A model generated the notes under the pieces. The model was not told the DNA's origin and did no database searches. It saw only the letters and a program-made list of their open reading frames with translations. A program made the position numbers and the translations under genes. Shown here piece by piece: positions 9,060 to 17,500 of a stretch of DNA of 64,000 nucleotides. Each line of letters starts with the position of its first letter. Position 1 is the first letter of the stretch. The stretch is from Elusimicrobiota bacterium. Lineage in GTDB: Bacteria; Elusimicrobiota; Elusimicrobia; UBA1565. The DNA is taken from NCBI GenBank assembly GCA_043827405.1, contig JBDRPD010000003.1:93914-157913 (forward strand). Reading direction: 5' to 3'.

Positions 9060-9988
9060 AAGATCCGCCGCATTATCAGCGTCCCGCAGGCGCCTGGGGC
9101 GCTTGGGCCCTGCTGTGGAAGATATTCAGCGTGGTGCGCTACCGGTTCTTTCTCTATGCCGGGCTGCTGCCGTACTTGCTGGGCGCGGCCTGGGCTTATG
9201 TCGTGGGCGGCGCCTTTAACCCCCCGGTGTTCTGGATCGGGTTCTGCGGCATATTCCTCTCCGTTGTCGGGGTCGAGGCCTTCAACGAGTACTTCGACTC
9301 GCGTCTGGGGACCGACCGGGTATTCAACCCGGAGGACGAGGATCCGATTCCCGCCTGGGTGCTGGGGCTCGGCATCGCCGCCTTCGCCGCGGCGGCGGCG
9401 ACGGGCATCTATCTCGCCAAGGCCGGCGGCTGGCCGGTCATCCTGTACATGTGCCTGGGCGGCTGCGCCGCGGTGTTTTATGTCGGCCCGCCGATCCGCT
9501 GGGTGTATCGCGGGCTGGGCGAGACCATGATCGCCCTGTCCTATGGGCCGTGGATGGTGCTGGGCAGCCTGCACCTGCAGACGCACGCTTTCTCCTGGGG
9601 AGCGCTCCTGGCGTCCCTGGTTCCCGGGCTGCTGATCATGAGCCTGGCGGTGGTTAACGCGATCCCCGATTTCCATCAGGACCGTTTGGTCGGCAAACGC
9701 AATATCGTCGTGCGCGTCGGCCGCTATAACGGCGTCCTCGTCTATCTCGGCTGCTCGCTTCTGGGGCTGGGTATCCCGGTCTTCGGCGCGGTGCTCGGCG
9801 TCTTCAGCAAGTGGACCTTGCTGACCCTGCTCGCCCTGCCCTTGTGGTGGTCCAGCCGCCGCGCGGCCCTGGCGCACTACGATACGCCGCGCGATTTCGT
9901 GCCGGCGGTGCGCGCGATCGTGCTGTGCTATCTGACGGCAACGAGCTTGTTTATCGTCTCGCTGTTTCTGAGCCTGATTAAATGGTGA
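9044..9988 (+). CDS. UbiA-superfamily (MenA-like) membrane prenyltransferase
   Basis: Multiple TM helices; FNEYFDSRLGTD, YRGLGE and NAIPDFHQDRLVGKRN motifs. Confidence 0.92.
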   Translation: MGAIVKDPPHYQRPAGAWGAWALLWKIFSVVRYRFFLYAGLLPYLLGAAWAYVVGGAFNPPVFWIGFCGIFLSVVGVEAFNEYFDSRLGTDRVFNPEDEDPIPAWVLGLGIAAFAAAAATGIYLAKAGGWPVILYMCLGGCAAVFYVGPPIRWVYRGLGETMIALSYGPWMVLGSLHLQTHAFSWGALLASLVPGLLIMSLAVVNAIPDFHQDRLVGKRNIVVRVGRYNGVLVYLGCSLLGLGIPVFGAVLGVFSKWTLLTLLALPLWWSSRRAALAHYDTPRDFVPAVRAIVLCYLTATSLFIVSLFLSLIKW

Positions 9989-10968
9989 GCACGGCGCACA
10001 TCGACAGCCTGCGGGCGCCGCTTATGGTTTCCTGGCAGCTGACCCGCGGCTGCAACCTCGCCTGCCTGCACTGCTGCACCGAATCCGCGCCGGGTAAGGT
10101 CCTGGAGGGCGAGCTGAACCGGGCCGAGGCCCTGCGCTTCGCCGCCCGGCTCATCGAGGCGGATGTCCCCTATGTCATGCTCTGCGGCGGCGAGCCGTTC
10201 ACCGTGGAGTGGTTTCTCGATGTCGCCAGCCGGCTCGGGAAAAGCGGCGTGCAGCTGAAGATCGAGACCAATGCCCAGCATCTGGAAGGGTTCGCGCTCG
10301 ATGTCCTCGCCCGCCTGCCGGTGCGCTCGATCCAGGTCTCCTTGGACGGCGCGTCGCAGACGGCCTACGGCGCCCAGCGGGCCGGCGGCGATCTCGAGAA
10401 GGCGCTCGACTCCTGCCGGCGCATCCGCGCGGCCGGCCTGCCGCTGGAGATCACCTTCGCTCCCACCGTCTATAATATCCACGAAGGAGAAGCGGTCCTG
10501 CGCCGGGCGGTAGAGCTGGGAGCCTTCCGCTTCAATACCGGCCGCCTGATGCGCATCGGCACCGCCGCCAAGTTCTGGGACAAGCTCGATCCGCCGGAGC
10601 GTCATTGGCATGAGTTCCTGGAAATCCTCGAACAAGCGGAACGGGAGTTTTCAGGAGAGATCGAACTTTGCTATCGTCCCTTTACGATCCAGGAAGGTTT
10701 GCGTGAAGGCTTGTCGGCGCCGCCGGCGACCCTCCTGGTTCTGCCGCACGGCAAGGTCAAGGTGGCGGCTTCGTTGCCTTATATTTGTGCGGACGTGCGT
10801 CGGCAGTCGATCGCGGAATGCTGGGACGCCTACCGGGCGGCTTGGCGGCGTCCAGAGGTGCATAAGGCGATCGAAGCGGTGCTGAAGGATCCGGGCTTCC
10901 TCGAAGAAGCCAACTGCTGGCGGCCGTTGGACGAAGAAGAGCAGTCCGTACCGATTTCCCGCACCTGA
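9982..10968 (+). CDS. Radical SAM enzyme 2, paralog of enzyme 1
   Basis: APLMVSWQLTRGCNLACLHCC, CGGEP, IETNA, QVSLDGA. Confidence 0.93.
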   Translation: MVSTAHIDSLRAPLMVSWQLTRGCNLACLHCCTESAPGKVLEGELNRAEALRFAARLIEADVPYVMLCGGEPFTVEWFLDVASRLGKSGVQLKIETNAQHLEGFALDVLARLPVRSIQVSLDGASQTAYGAQRAGGDLEKALDSCRRIRAAGLPLEITFAPTVYNIHEGEAVLRRAVELGAFRFNTGRLMRIGTAAKFWDKLDPPERHWHEFLEILEQAEREFSGEIELCYRPFTIQEGLREGLSAPPATLLVLPHGKVKVAASLPYICADVRRQSIAECWDAYRAAWRRPEVHKAIEAVLKDPGFLEEANCWRPLDEEEQSVPISRT

Positions 10969-11034
10969 GGGTGCGGAACAGATCTGCCGCCGGTCCATGG
11001 GCCGGTAGTGGAACTCCGTGATCATGGAGATCGT

Positions 11035-11145
11035 ATGAACGAGAAGAACATCGCGATTAAGGTTGAGAAGCTCGAGTGGGAGACGCCCTGTCTTGAGGAA
11101 GTATCCCAGCGGGTGATGGCTCAGCCCTACATTCGCTTCACGTGA
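11035..11145 (+). CDS. Putative RiPP precursor peptide, 36 aa: MNEKNIAIKVEKLEWETPCLEEVSQRVMAQPYIRFT
   Basis: Manual translation; GGAGA RBS at 11026-11030; TGA overlaps the GTG start of radical SAM 3 (GTGA); WxxPxL resembles RRE-binding leader motifs. Confidence 0.82.
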   Translation: MNEKNIAIKVEKLEWETPCLEEVSQRVMAQPYIRFT

Positions 11146-12125
11146 GCAATCAGAGGGGGGCATCGGTAGGCGACTACCGCGCCCCCCTCTTTCTCGCGTG
11201 GCAGCTGACCAACCGCTGCCAAGCGCACTGCCTCACCTGCTGCGAGGAGTCCGGGCCGGAGAATGCCTGGAAAGACGAGCTCGCGGAGGATGAGGCTGTT
11301 TCTTTCGCCTGCCGCATCGTCGAATCCGGCATCCAGTACGCGGCTTTCGGCGGCGGCGAACCATTGGCCGTTCCCCACTTCTGGAAGATCGCCCGCATTC
11401 TGGCCTCGGGCGGCGTCGAGCTCAAGCTCGAGACCAACGGCCTGCCCATTGACGACGAGAAGGCCGACATCCTGCAGGCGCTCAAGGTCTTGTGCGTGCA
11501 GATTTCCGTCGACGGAGCGAGCAAGGAAACTTTCGAGAAGGTGCGTCCCGGCGGCGACTACGACGGCGTCATCGCCGCGATCAAGCGGCTGGTCGCGCGC
11601 GGCCTGCATCCCGAATACGTCTTCGTGCCCAACCGGCTCAATGTCCATGAGGCGGCCGCGGCCTACGATCATGCCGTCGACCTCGGCTGCCGCACCTTCG
11701 TCACCGGGCCGATGATGCGCCTCGGCCGCGCGGCGGCGGGCTGGGACGAACTGTCTTTAAACGATGAGCAGTGGAAGGCCGCGGAGGAAGCCCTGCGTGA
11801 GCGCGAGGCCGCGCACCGGAAAGCGGTCAAGCTTTCGATTTATCCCTGGGACATTCGCACCGAGCTGGAGAAGCGCCTGCTCGAGCCGCAGGCCCTGCTT
11901 CTGGTCGTGCCCAACGGCAAGGTCAAGCTGCTCAACGCCCTGCCCTTCGCCCCCGCCGATGTCCGCCAACACAATATCGAGGAAGCCTGGAGACTCTACA
12001 AGGAAGCCTGGAAGTCCGACGAAGTCGAGCACTTCATCAAGGCCTGCCGCACCCGCCCGGAGCTTCTGCTCCACGCCAACGAAACCTGGCCCATGGGGCA
12101 ATGGGCCGCACTTAATCCCGCCTAA
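11142..12125 (+). CDS. Radical SAM enzyme 3, paralog of enzymes 1 and 2
   Basis: APLFLAWQLTNRCQAHCLTCC, FGGGEP, LETNG, QISVDGA. Confidence 0.93.
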   Translation: MSNQRGASVGDYRAPLFLAWQLTNRCQAHCLTCCEESGPENAWKDELAEDEAVSFACRIVESGIQYAAFGGGEPLAVPHFWKIARILASGGVELKLETNGLPIDDEKADILQALKVLCVQISVDGASKETFEKVRPGGDYDGVIAAIKRLVARGLHPEYVFVPNRLNVHEAAAAYDHAVDLGCRTFVTGPMMRLGRAAAGWDELSLNDEQWKAAEEALREREAAHRKAVKLSIYPWDIRTELEKRLLEPQALLLVVPNGKVKLLNALPFAPADVRQHNIEEAWRLYKEAWKSDEVEHFIKACRTRPELLLHANETWPMGQWAALNPA

Positions 12126-12137
12126 TCCCCCTCAGTA

Positions 12138-13136
12138 AAGGTGCCAGGCATGTTATCCAAAGGAACTTTTTTTCCTGCGGGTCGTACTCGGAGATGTACG
12201 TCCTTGGTTTATATGCCTCGAATCCCCAGACCTGATAGTGCGAGAGCCTTTGTGCATGTCGTCGCTCGCGGCAATAACAAGGCGCGAATATTCCTTGATG
12301 TAATTGATAATTCGGAGTTCGTCAGGTTGCTCTCCTTGGGGATTTCACGTTATGGGGCGGAGCTGCATGCTTATTGCTTGATGCCGAACCATATCCATTT
12401 ACTGCTTCGCGATGCTTTAGGCCGGCTGTCGGATATGATGGAGTGGACTCTGGGGAATTATGCCAGAAAGTTTAATAAGCGCCATGGAAGAGTCGGACAT
12501 GTTTTCCAAGGCAGGTACCGTGCAAAATTGATTATCCGGACAACCCACTTCTATGTGGCAGGTCGCTATATCCACATGAACCCTGTCCGAGGAGGGTTGT
12601 GTGAACGACCGGAAGATTACCCCTGGAGCAGTATGAGGGCATATCTTGGATTGGAAGAGGCCGGCTTGTTGTCGAGAGAGTCATTGTGGGCGCCGTACTC
12701 AGATTTGGGTTTGGGGTCTGTATCCGCGATGTATGAGTTTACGACGCGCACTCCGTATGCTTCAGATCATGCCGCGTCAGCAGTGCCCGATGGAGTGGCC
12801 GGTAATGCGCTACGTGCCGCCGTGGTAGCTCGGCCTCCAGGTGAGATGCGGGTGATCGAAGAAGTCGCGAACCTCTTCGACGCAAGTGCCGGCGCGTTGT
12901 TGGAGCGCAGCAGAAGACGCCGCTTGAGGATCGCTCGATCAGTCGCGATGCTGGCAGTTAGGGATAAGATCGGAATGCCGCTCGCCGATATCGCACGAAT
13001 TTTCGGTATGAAATCCCAAAACGGCGTCTCGCTTGCGATTAACCGGCTGCGTAAACGAGCATGTGCCGATCGTTGTCTGGTGAATAGGCTGACAGATTTA
13101 GGTTTGACCACGATTGGATAACCTGCCTGGCACCTT
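12138..13136. mobile_element. RAYT-type element: Y1 transposase gene flanked by inverted REP-like repeats
   Basis: AAGGTGCCAGGCATGTTATCCAA (12138-12160) and TTGGATAACCTGCCTGGCACCTT (13114-13136) are inverted with 22/23 identity; interior visibly lower GC. Confidence 0.85.
12213..13121 (+). CDS. REP-associated tyrosine transposase (Y1/HUH) with C-terminal DnaA_C-like HTH
   Basis: MPRIPR, HVVARGNN, YCLMPNHIHLL (HUH), GHVFQGRY, YIHMNPV, YPWSS; C-terminal ARSVAM...PLADIARIFG. Confidence 0.9.
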   Translation: MPRIPRPDSARAFVHVVARGNNKARIFLDVIDNSEFVRLLSLGISRYGAELHAYCLMPNHIHLLLRDALGRLSDMMEWTLGNYARKFNKRHGRVGHVFQGRYRAKLIIRTTHFYVAGRYIHMNPVRGGLCERPEDYPWSSMRAYLGLEEAGLLSRESLWAPYSDLGLGSVSAMYEFTTRTPYASDHAASAVPDGVAGNALRAAVVARPPGEMRVIEEVANLFDASAGALLERSRRRRLRIARSVAMLAVRDKIGMPLADIARIFGMKSQNGVSLAINRLRKRACADRCLVNRLTDLGLTTIG

Positions 13137-13154
13137 ATCCCTTATCTACCTTAT

Positions 13155-13781
13155 CTATTGGGAAAAGCGGCGGTCGGCGTTCTCGAATACCTTCAGCACC
13201 CGGTCCTCGGTGTTGCCGCGCAGCAGGCGCAGCGGCACCAGGTAGTAGAAGAGCCAGTGCGAGCGCGCTTCTGCTGTTAATTCGATATCGAGGTGTTCGG
13301 GGCTGTCAGTTCGTTTAGATAACATGCCTGGCACCTTATCTGAAGGATGGAAGGTCAGCTCGCAGCGGACGTCCTGGACCAGGCGCGTCGGCGTTTCGAG
13401 CTTGGCGATCAGACGCGGCGGCTTCTCATCGAGGCGGTCCTCGACCAGCAGCGTCAGCGAGTGGGACCCCTTGAAGTAGCGGCTGAAGCTGTAGTCGAAG
13501 CGGAAGCGCCGGTGCGCCGCCTCATAGCGCAGGCCGTCGATGGATATCATGTACGCCTTCTCGCGGCCGGCGCGCGGTTCGTTGATGTCGCGCAGCGCCC
13601 ACTTCTCGTAATCCGCGAAGCCGCGCAGCACCGGCAGGGCGCGAATAAAATTAACGCTGATGGGCCCCGCGCCGGTTAGGTGAAATCGTCCATCGCTCTT
13701 TGTCAGGCGGGCGGAAGCGGCTTCGAGGGGCGCGCAGAGTAGGAGAAGCAGCCCCGCCGCCGTTAGTGGCAGGCGGCGCAT
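13155..13781 (-). CDS. Secreted hypothetical protein (possible START/SRPBCC-like fold) containing an in-frame REP copy
   Basis: Signal peptide MRRLPLTAAGLLLLLCAPLEA; ATG overlaps the end of the cytochrome gene. Confidence 0.65.
   Translation of the reverse strand: MRRLPLTAAGLLLLLCAPLEAASARLTKSDGRFHLTGAGPISVNFIRALPVLRGFADYEKWALRDINEPRAGREKAYMISIDGLRYEAAHRRFRFDYSFSRYFKGSHSLTLLVEDRLDEKPPRLIAKLETPTRLVQDVRCELTFHPSDKVPGMLSKRTDSPEHLDIELTAEARSHWLFYYLVPLRLLRGNTEDRVLKVFENADRRFSQ
13317..13341. repeat. REP copy inside a coding sequence
   Basis: AGATAACATGCCTGGCACCTTATCT, 24/25 identical to 6621-6645; encodes DKVPGMLS on the minus strand. Confidence 0.85.
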
Positions 13782-14407
13782 TTTAAGGTGCCGGTCGGCT
13801 TCTTCCAGTGCGCGGGCGCCGGATCGCGGCGGTGGCAGTCCATGCACCAGCCCATGGACATGCGGCTGACCTTCTGTACGCGATCCATGGTCTGCACCGG
13901 ACCATGGCATTCCTGGCACAGGATATTGTTGCCGATATGGCTCTGGTGGCTGTATCTTACGTAGCCGGGAAGCCGATGCACCCGGATCCATTCCACTTCA
14001 TCGCTCGTTACCTTCAGCGCTTCGCGGTCATGGCATTGCAGGCAGTGATTCAGTTTCGGATAGCCTGTCTTCTCGCCTTTGCCGGCTTCGCGGTGGCAGC
14101 TCCAGCAGGCCAGACCCAGGTCACCCGCATGCTTCTTGTGTGAAAAAGCAACCGGCTGCTCCGGCGCGAAGCCGAAGTTCAGCCCCACGCCGCCGAAAGC
14201 CCAAAAGGCCGCCAGCAAGCCGGGAAGCATGACCGCGCCCGCGCCGCCGGGCTGTCCCTTGCGCAGCAGCCAGATCGCGACCGCCAGAATGATAAGCAGA
14301 AAAAGCAGGCCGAGGATGGATATGCTCTCGCCGGTATCCGGCAGGGGCAAGGTGCTGAGATCGATGCTTAGCGCCGCCTCGTTGTAAATCTCGGAGATGT
14401 TTTTCAT
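13763..14407 (-). CDS. Membrane-anchored pentaheme cytochrome c (ActA/QrcA-like)
   Basis: Five CxxCH motifs (CWSCH, CLQCH, CQECH, CMDCH, CAACH); PEQPVAFSHKKHAG, WIRVHRLP.YV.YSH, MGWCMDCHR. Confidence 0.9.
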   Translation of the reverse strand: MKNISEIYNEAALSIDLSTLPLPDTGESISILGLLFLLIILAVAIWLLRKGQPGGAGAVMLPGLLAAFWAFGGVGLNFGFAPEQPVAFSHKKHAGDLGLACWSCHREAGKGEKTGYPKLNHCLQCHDREALKVTSDEVEWIRVHRLPGYVRYSHQSHIGNNILCQECHGPVQTMDRVQKVSRMSMGWCMDCHRRDPAPAHWKKPTGTLKCAACH

Positions 14408-14536
14408 TAACCGAGCATATTATGCAAAATGCGGCCGCCGGGCAGGCAAAGGGCCCAATTTCGCCTGCATCCAATGGCGCTATTCGGGGATACCAAAAGC
14501 CCCCTGTGCTGATTTCTTATACCGCCATACTTTAGT

Positions 14537-17500
14537 ATGCGGATAGCGAACAGGCTCTTGGCCGCGTTTATCGCTTGCTCTTTAGCGGCGCAGCCCGCGC
14601 TGGCTCAAGTCAAGGTTGTCGGCGTAAAGGCTGTTGCTCCGAATGTCTCCGCAGCCGCCGGTGCCGCAGGGGTTAAGGCGCTCGCACCGCTGAGTTTTAC
14701 CCCGACATCTCTGCAGCTGAACTCCGCGGTTCTGCCCAGCGTCGAAAATCTTCAGCTCCAGCCGTCAAGTCAGCTCAAGCAGCTCTCGCAGCCCGCTGCC
14801 GTCGTCGGGCCCTCCGCATCGGCGGTCAAAGAGACCGCGCCGGCCAAGACCGTTTTTCAGAAGAAGCTTAATGCCATCGGCAAAGCGGTCGAAGACGCCG
14901 GCCGCGGCGCGGAGAATAAATCCGCCGAAGGCGGCAAGCTCGCCGCGGACAAGCAGTTCCATGCTCTGGGTATCAGCGCCGGCGAAGAGGACTTCGCCCA
15001 GCTCTTCGAGGAGAGCCTCTCGGCTTGGGAAAAGGGCGCGCTCAAGCCCGCCGCCGGCGGCAGTACCGCCAAAGAGCTCCTGGCCGAAGATACGCCGCAT
15101 TTTACCGGCGAGCAGCTGCAGCATATCCGGCAAGCCAGCCGCGCCATGGAAGCCGCGGTGACCAAGGCGGCCGCGCAGCTTTTGCCGGGAGCCGGTATCC
15201 GGGCGGTGTCGCGCGGTTCGAGCGCGCGCCTCACGCAGGACGACACGCGGGTGGACTACGACATCATGGCGGCGCTGCCCGCCGACTGGTCCGCCGACAA
15301 GGTTCACAGCTTTATGCAGGAGCGCCGCAAGGACTTGAGCGCCGCCTTGGAGAGCGCGATCCGCGAGGAGGCCGCGGCGCTGTTTCCCGGGCAGGATATC
15401 GAGGTGGAGGCCGGCTCTTATGTCCAGCTGTCCGATCCGGTGACGCATTCTCCCGATAAGGGCGTCTATATGCTGCCGGTTAAAGTGCTCAGCGCCGAGG
15501 GGAAGGTCCTGCTCGACGCCGACGTAACCTTTACCAATCTGGCGAAGTACACCAACGACTATCCCGGCTACTTCGCGGCGCAGCTGGAGCAGGTGGCGCA
15601 GCTGGGCGGCCAGGGGGCGGTCGATGAGGTGCTCGGTTCCATCCGCCTGGCCAAGCGGATGTTCAAGGAAGTCGTGGGCGCCTACAAGGTCTGGCGCGGC
15701 GGCCCCAGCGGCGTCGGCGTCGAGCAAATGATCATGCAGTCGGGCCGCGTCGAGAGCGCCGACAAGGGACAGACCGTGCTCGAGCCCGGCGACTTCGACA
15801 AGTTCATGGATCGCATCAACGATATCGCTTTCGACCAGGACGGCCGCTACCGCGGCCTCAAACAGGCGGCGCGATTGTGGAGCGTCTTCAACCCTTTCCG
15901 CGAGCCGGTCAATTTTCTGACCCACCTCAGCGACAAGGCCTGGCGGCGCCTGGCCGACGCGGCGCGCAATTACCGCATGGCCAAGGTCGCGGGCCGCCCC
16001 GTTTCCTTCAAAGAGCTGGGCTACCGCCGGCCGGATCCGCAGGCGGCGTTGGCCGCTTCCAAGCCGGCCGAATTGCCGGTGCGCGAGACAACGACTTTAG
16101 CCTTCGGCTTCACGTCCGCGCAGGAGAAGATCAATATGCAGCGGGCGGTGCGCGAGGCGGTGCGCGCGCTGCCCGAATCCAAAGAGAAGATCGCGGCGGC
16201 GACGCTGACCGGCGGCCGGGCCAACAAGACCAATTCCTACCAGCTGTCGCTGGTGGTCGAGGGCGGCGCCGGCATGGAGATCACCCAGCTGCTGCGCGAC
16301 CAGCTGAGCTTCAGCGACCGCTCAGTCGAATACGAGGGAGAGGCCGCGGTGCGGAAGAACCGCGATCTGCTCGTCTTCTTCCGCGCCCAGGGCAAGTCGT
16401 ACCAGCCAAAAACTCTCGACCTGGTGCAGAAGGCCGCCAAGCGGCTGGCCCGGCACTTCAAGAGCAGGGGGAGCGTCACGGTCGGCCAGCGCCCCGGTCC
16501 GGGCGGGGAGTTTATGGCGGTGGTTAAGCTCGAGCCGAACGCCGAGGCGGCGGCGGTCGGCAAAGAGATTCAGGAGTTCTTCCGCACGGCGGGCGGCGGC
16601 ATGCGCCTGACCGGGGTTTCGTTGCCGGCCGGTGTTCCCACCTCCCAGGCCCGGGCTCCCAAGGAAGACGCCGGCGAGGAGAGCGCCGGCAAGGGGAGCG
16701 CCGGCAGAGAGAGCGCCGGCGGGGTCACGCTTGAGATGCTGGAAAAGTTTACCACCCACGGCCCCAAGCCTTCCCGGCGCGGCGACGCCTATCTTTACGC
16801 CCAGGGCGCCAAGGTCCTGCCGGCGGGTTTCGAAGCCGCCTGGGCGAACCGGCCGGAGGCCGGGTCCGGCGGCGGCGACACAATACAGCGCAGCCTGCTG
16901 CTGCGGCGGGGCGGCAAGACTTACGTCCTCGTGCCCACCATCCGGAGCGACGGCGAGCCGGGAATGAAGCCCGCCAATGTCTCTCCCGAATTGGCCGCGG
17001 GAATTATCACCGATACTCTGGTTGAGGCCGAGCTAAGGGACGGCCAAGTCGTTTCGGTTAAGCCGATCGGCTCTTATGCCATGGACATGATGATCGGGCG
17101 GGCGAGAAAGAATAACGGCCGGTGGATGCTCGATGCCTTGCTGCGCGACGGCAAGAATCCCAAGACGCTTTACGGCCGCATGCCGCTGGCCGGCGCTGAG
17201 AACCTTAAGGAAGGCGAGATCGTGCAGGCCTTCATCAAGCCCGACGGCCGCGGCTACTCCGCCGAGGCCATGCTCGACCTCGGAGCGGAGCTCACTCCCG
17301 AGATCGTCGCCCGCGAGATCGCTCTGCGCCATGGCGCGCGCGGCTACTTCGAGAAAGCCGTGATCGAGCAGGCCGAGAAGGCGGGGGCGAGCGGGAAAGC
17401 GCCGCCCAAGTTCCGGGATTTGCGCGAGTTCGCTTTCGTCACCGTCGACCCCATCGGCGCCGGCGATCTAGACGACGCCTTCTATGTCGAGAAGCATGCC

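Noticed and set aside
9044..9988. Assigning the gene symbol menA
   Set aside because: Motifs are MenA-like, but no men/mqn genes are nearby and it is embedded among RiPP genes, so the substrate is uncertain
6670..12125. Canonical PQQ or mycofactocin operon
   Set aside because: No PqqB/C or MftD/E/F genes; the peptide lacks ExxxY and IDGxCGVY; the rSAMs lack the SPASM motif
12138..13136. Classical DDE insertion sequence with terminal inverted repeats
   Set aside because: The enzyme is an HUH/Y1 type and the repeats also occur away from the gene, which fits REP/RAYT
16669..16720. Short 15-bp coding repeats (ESAGK/GSAGR/ESAGG)
   Set aside because: In-frame low-complexity linker with no further structure
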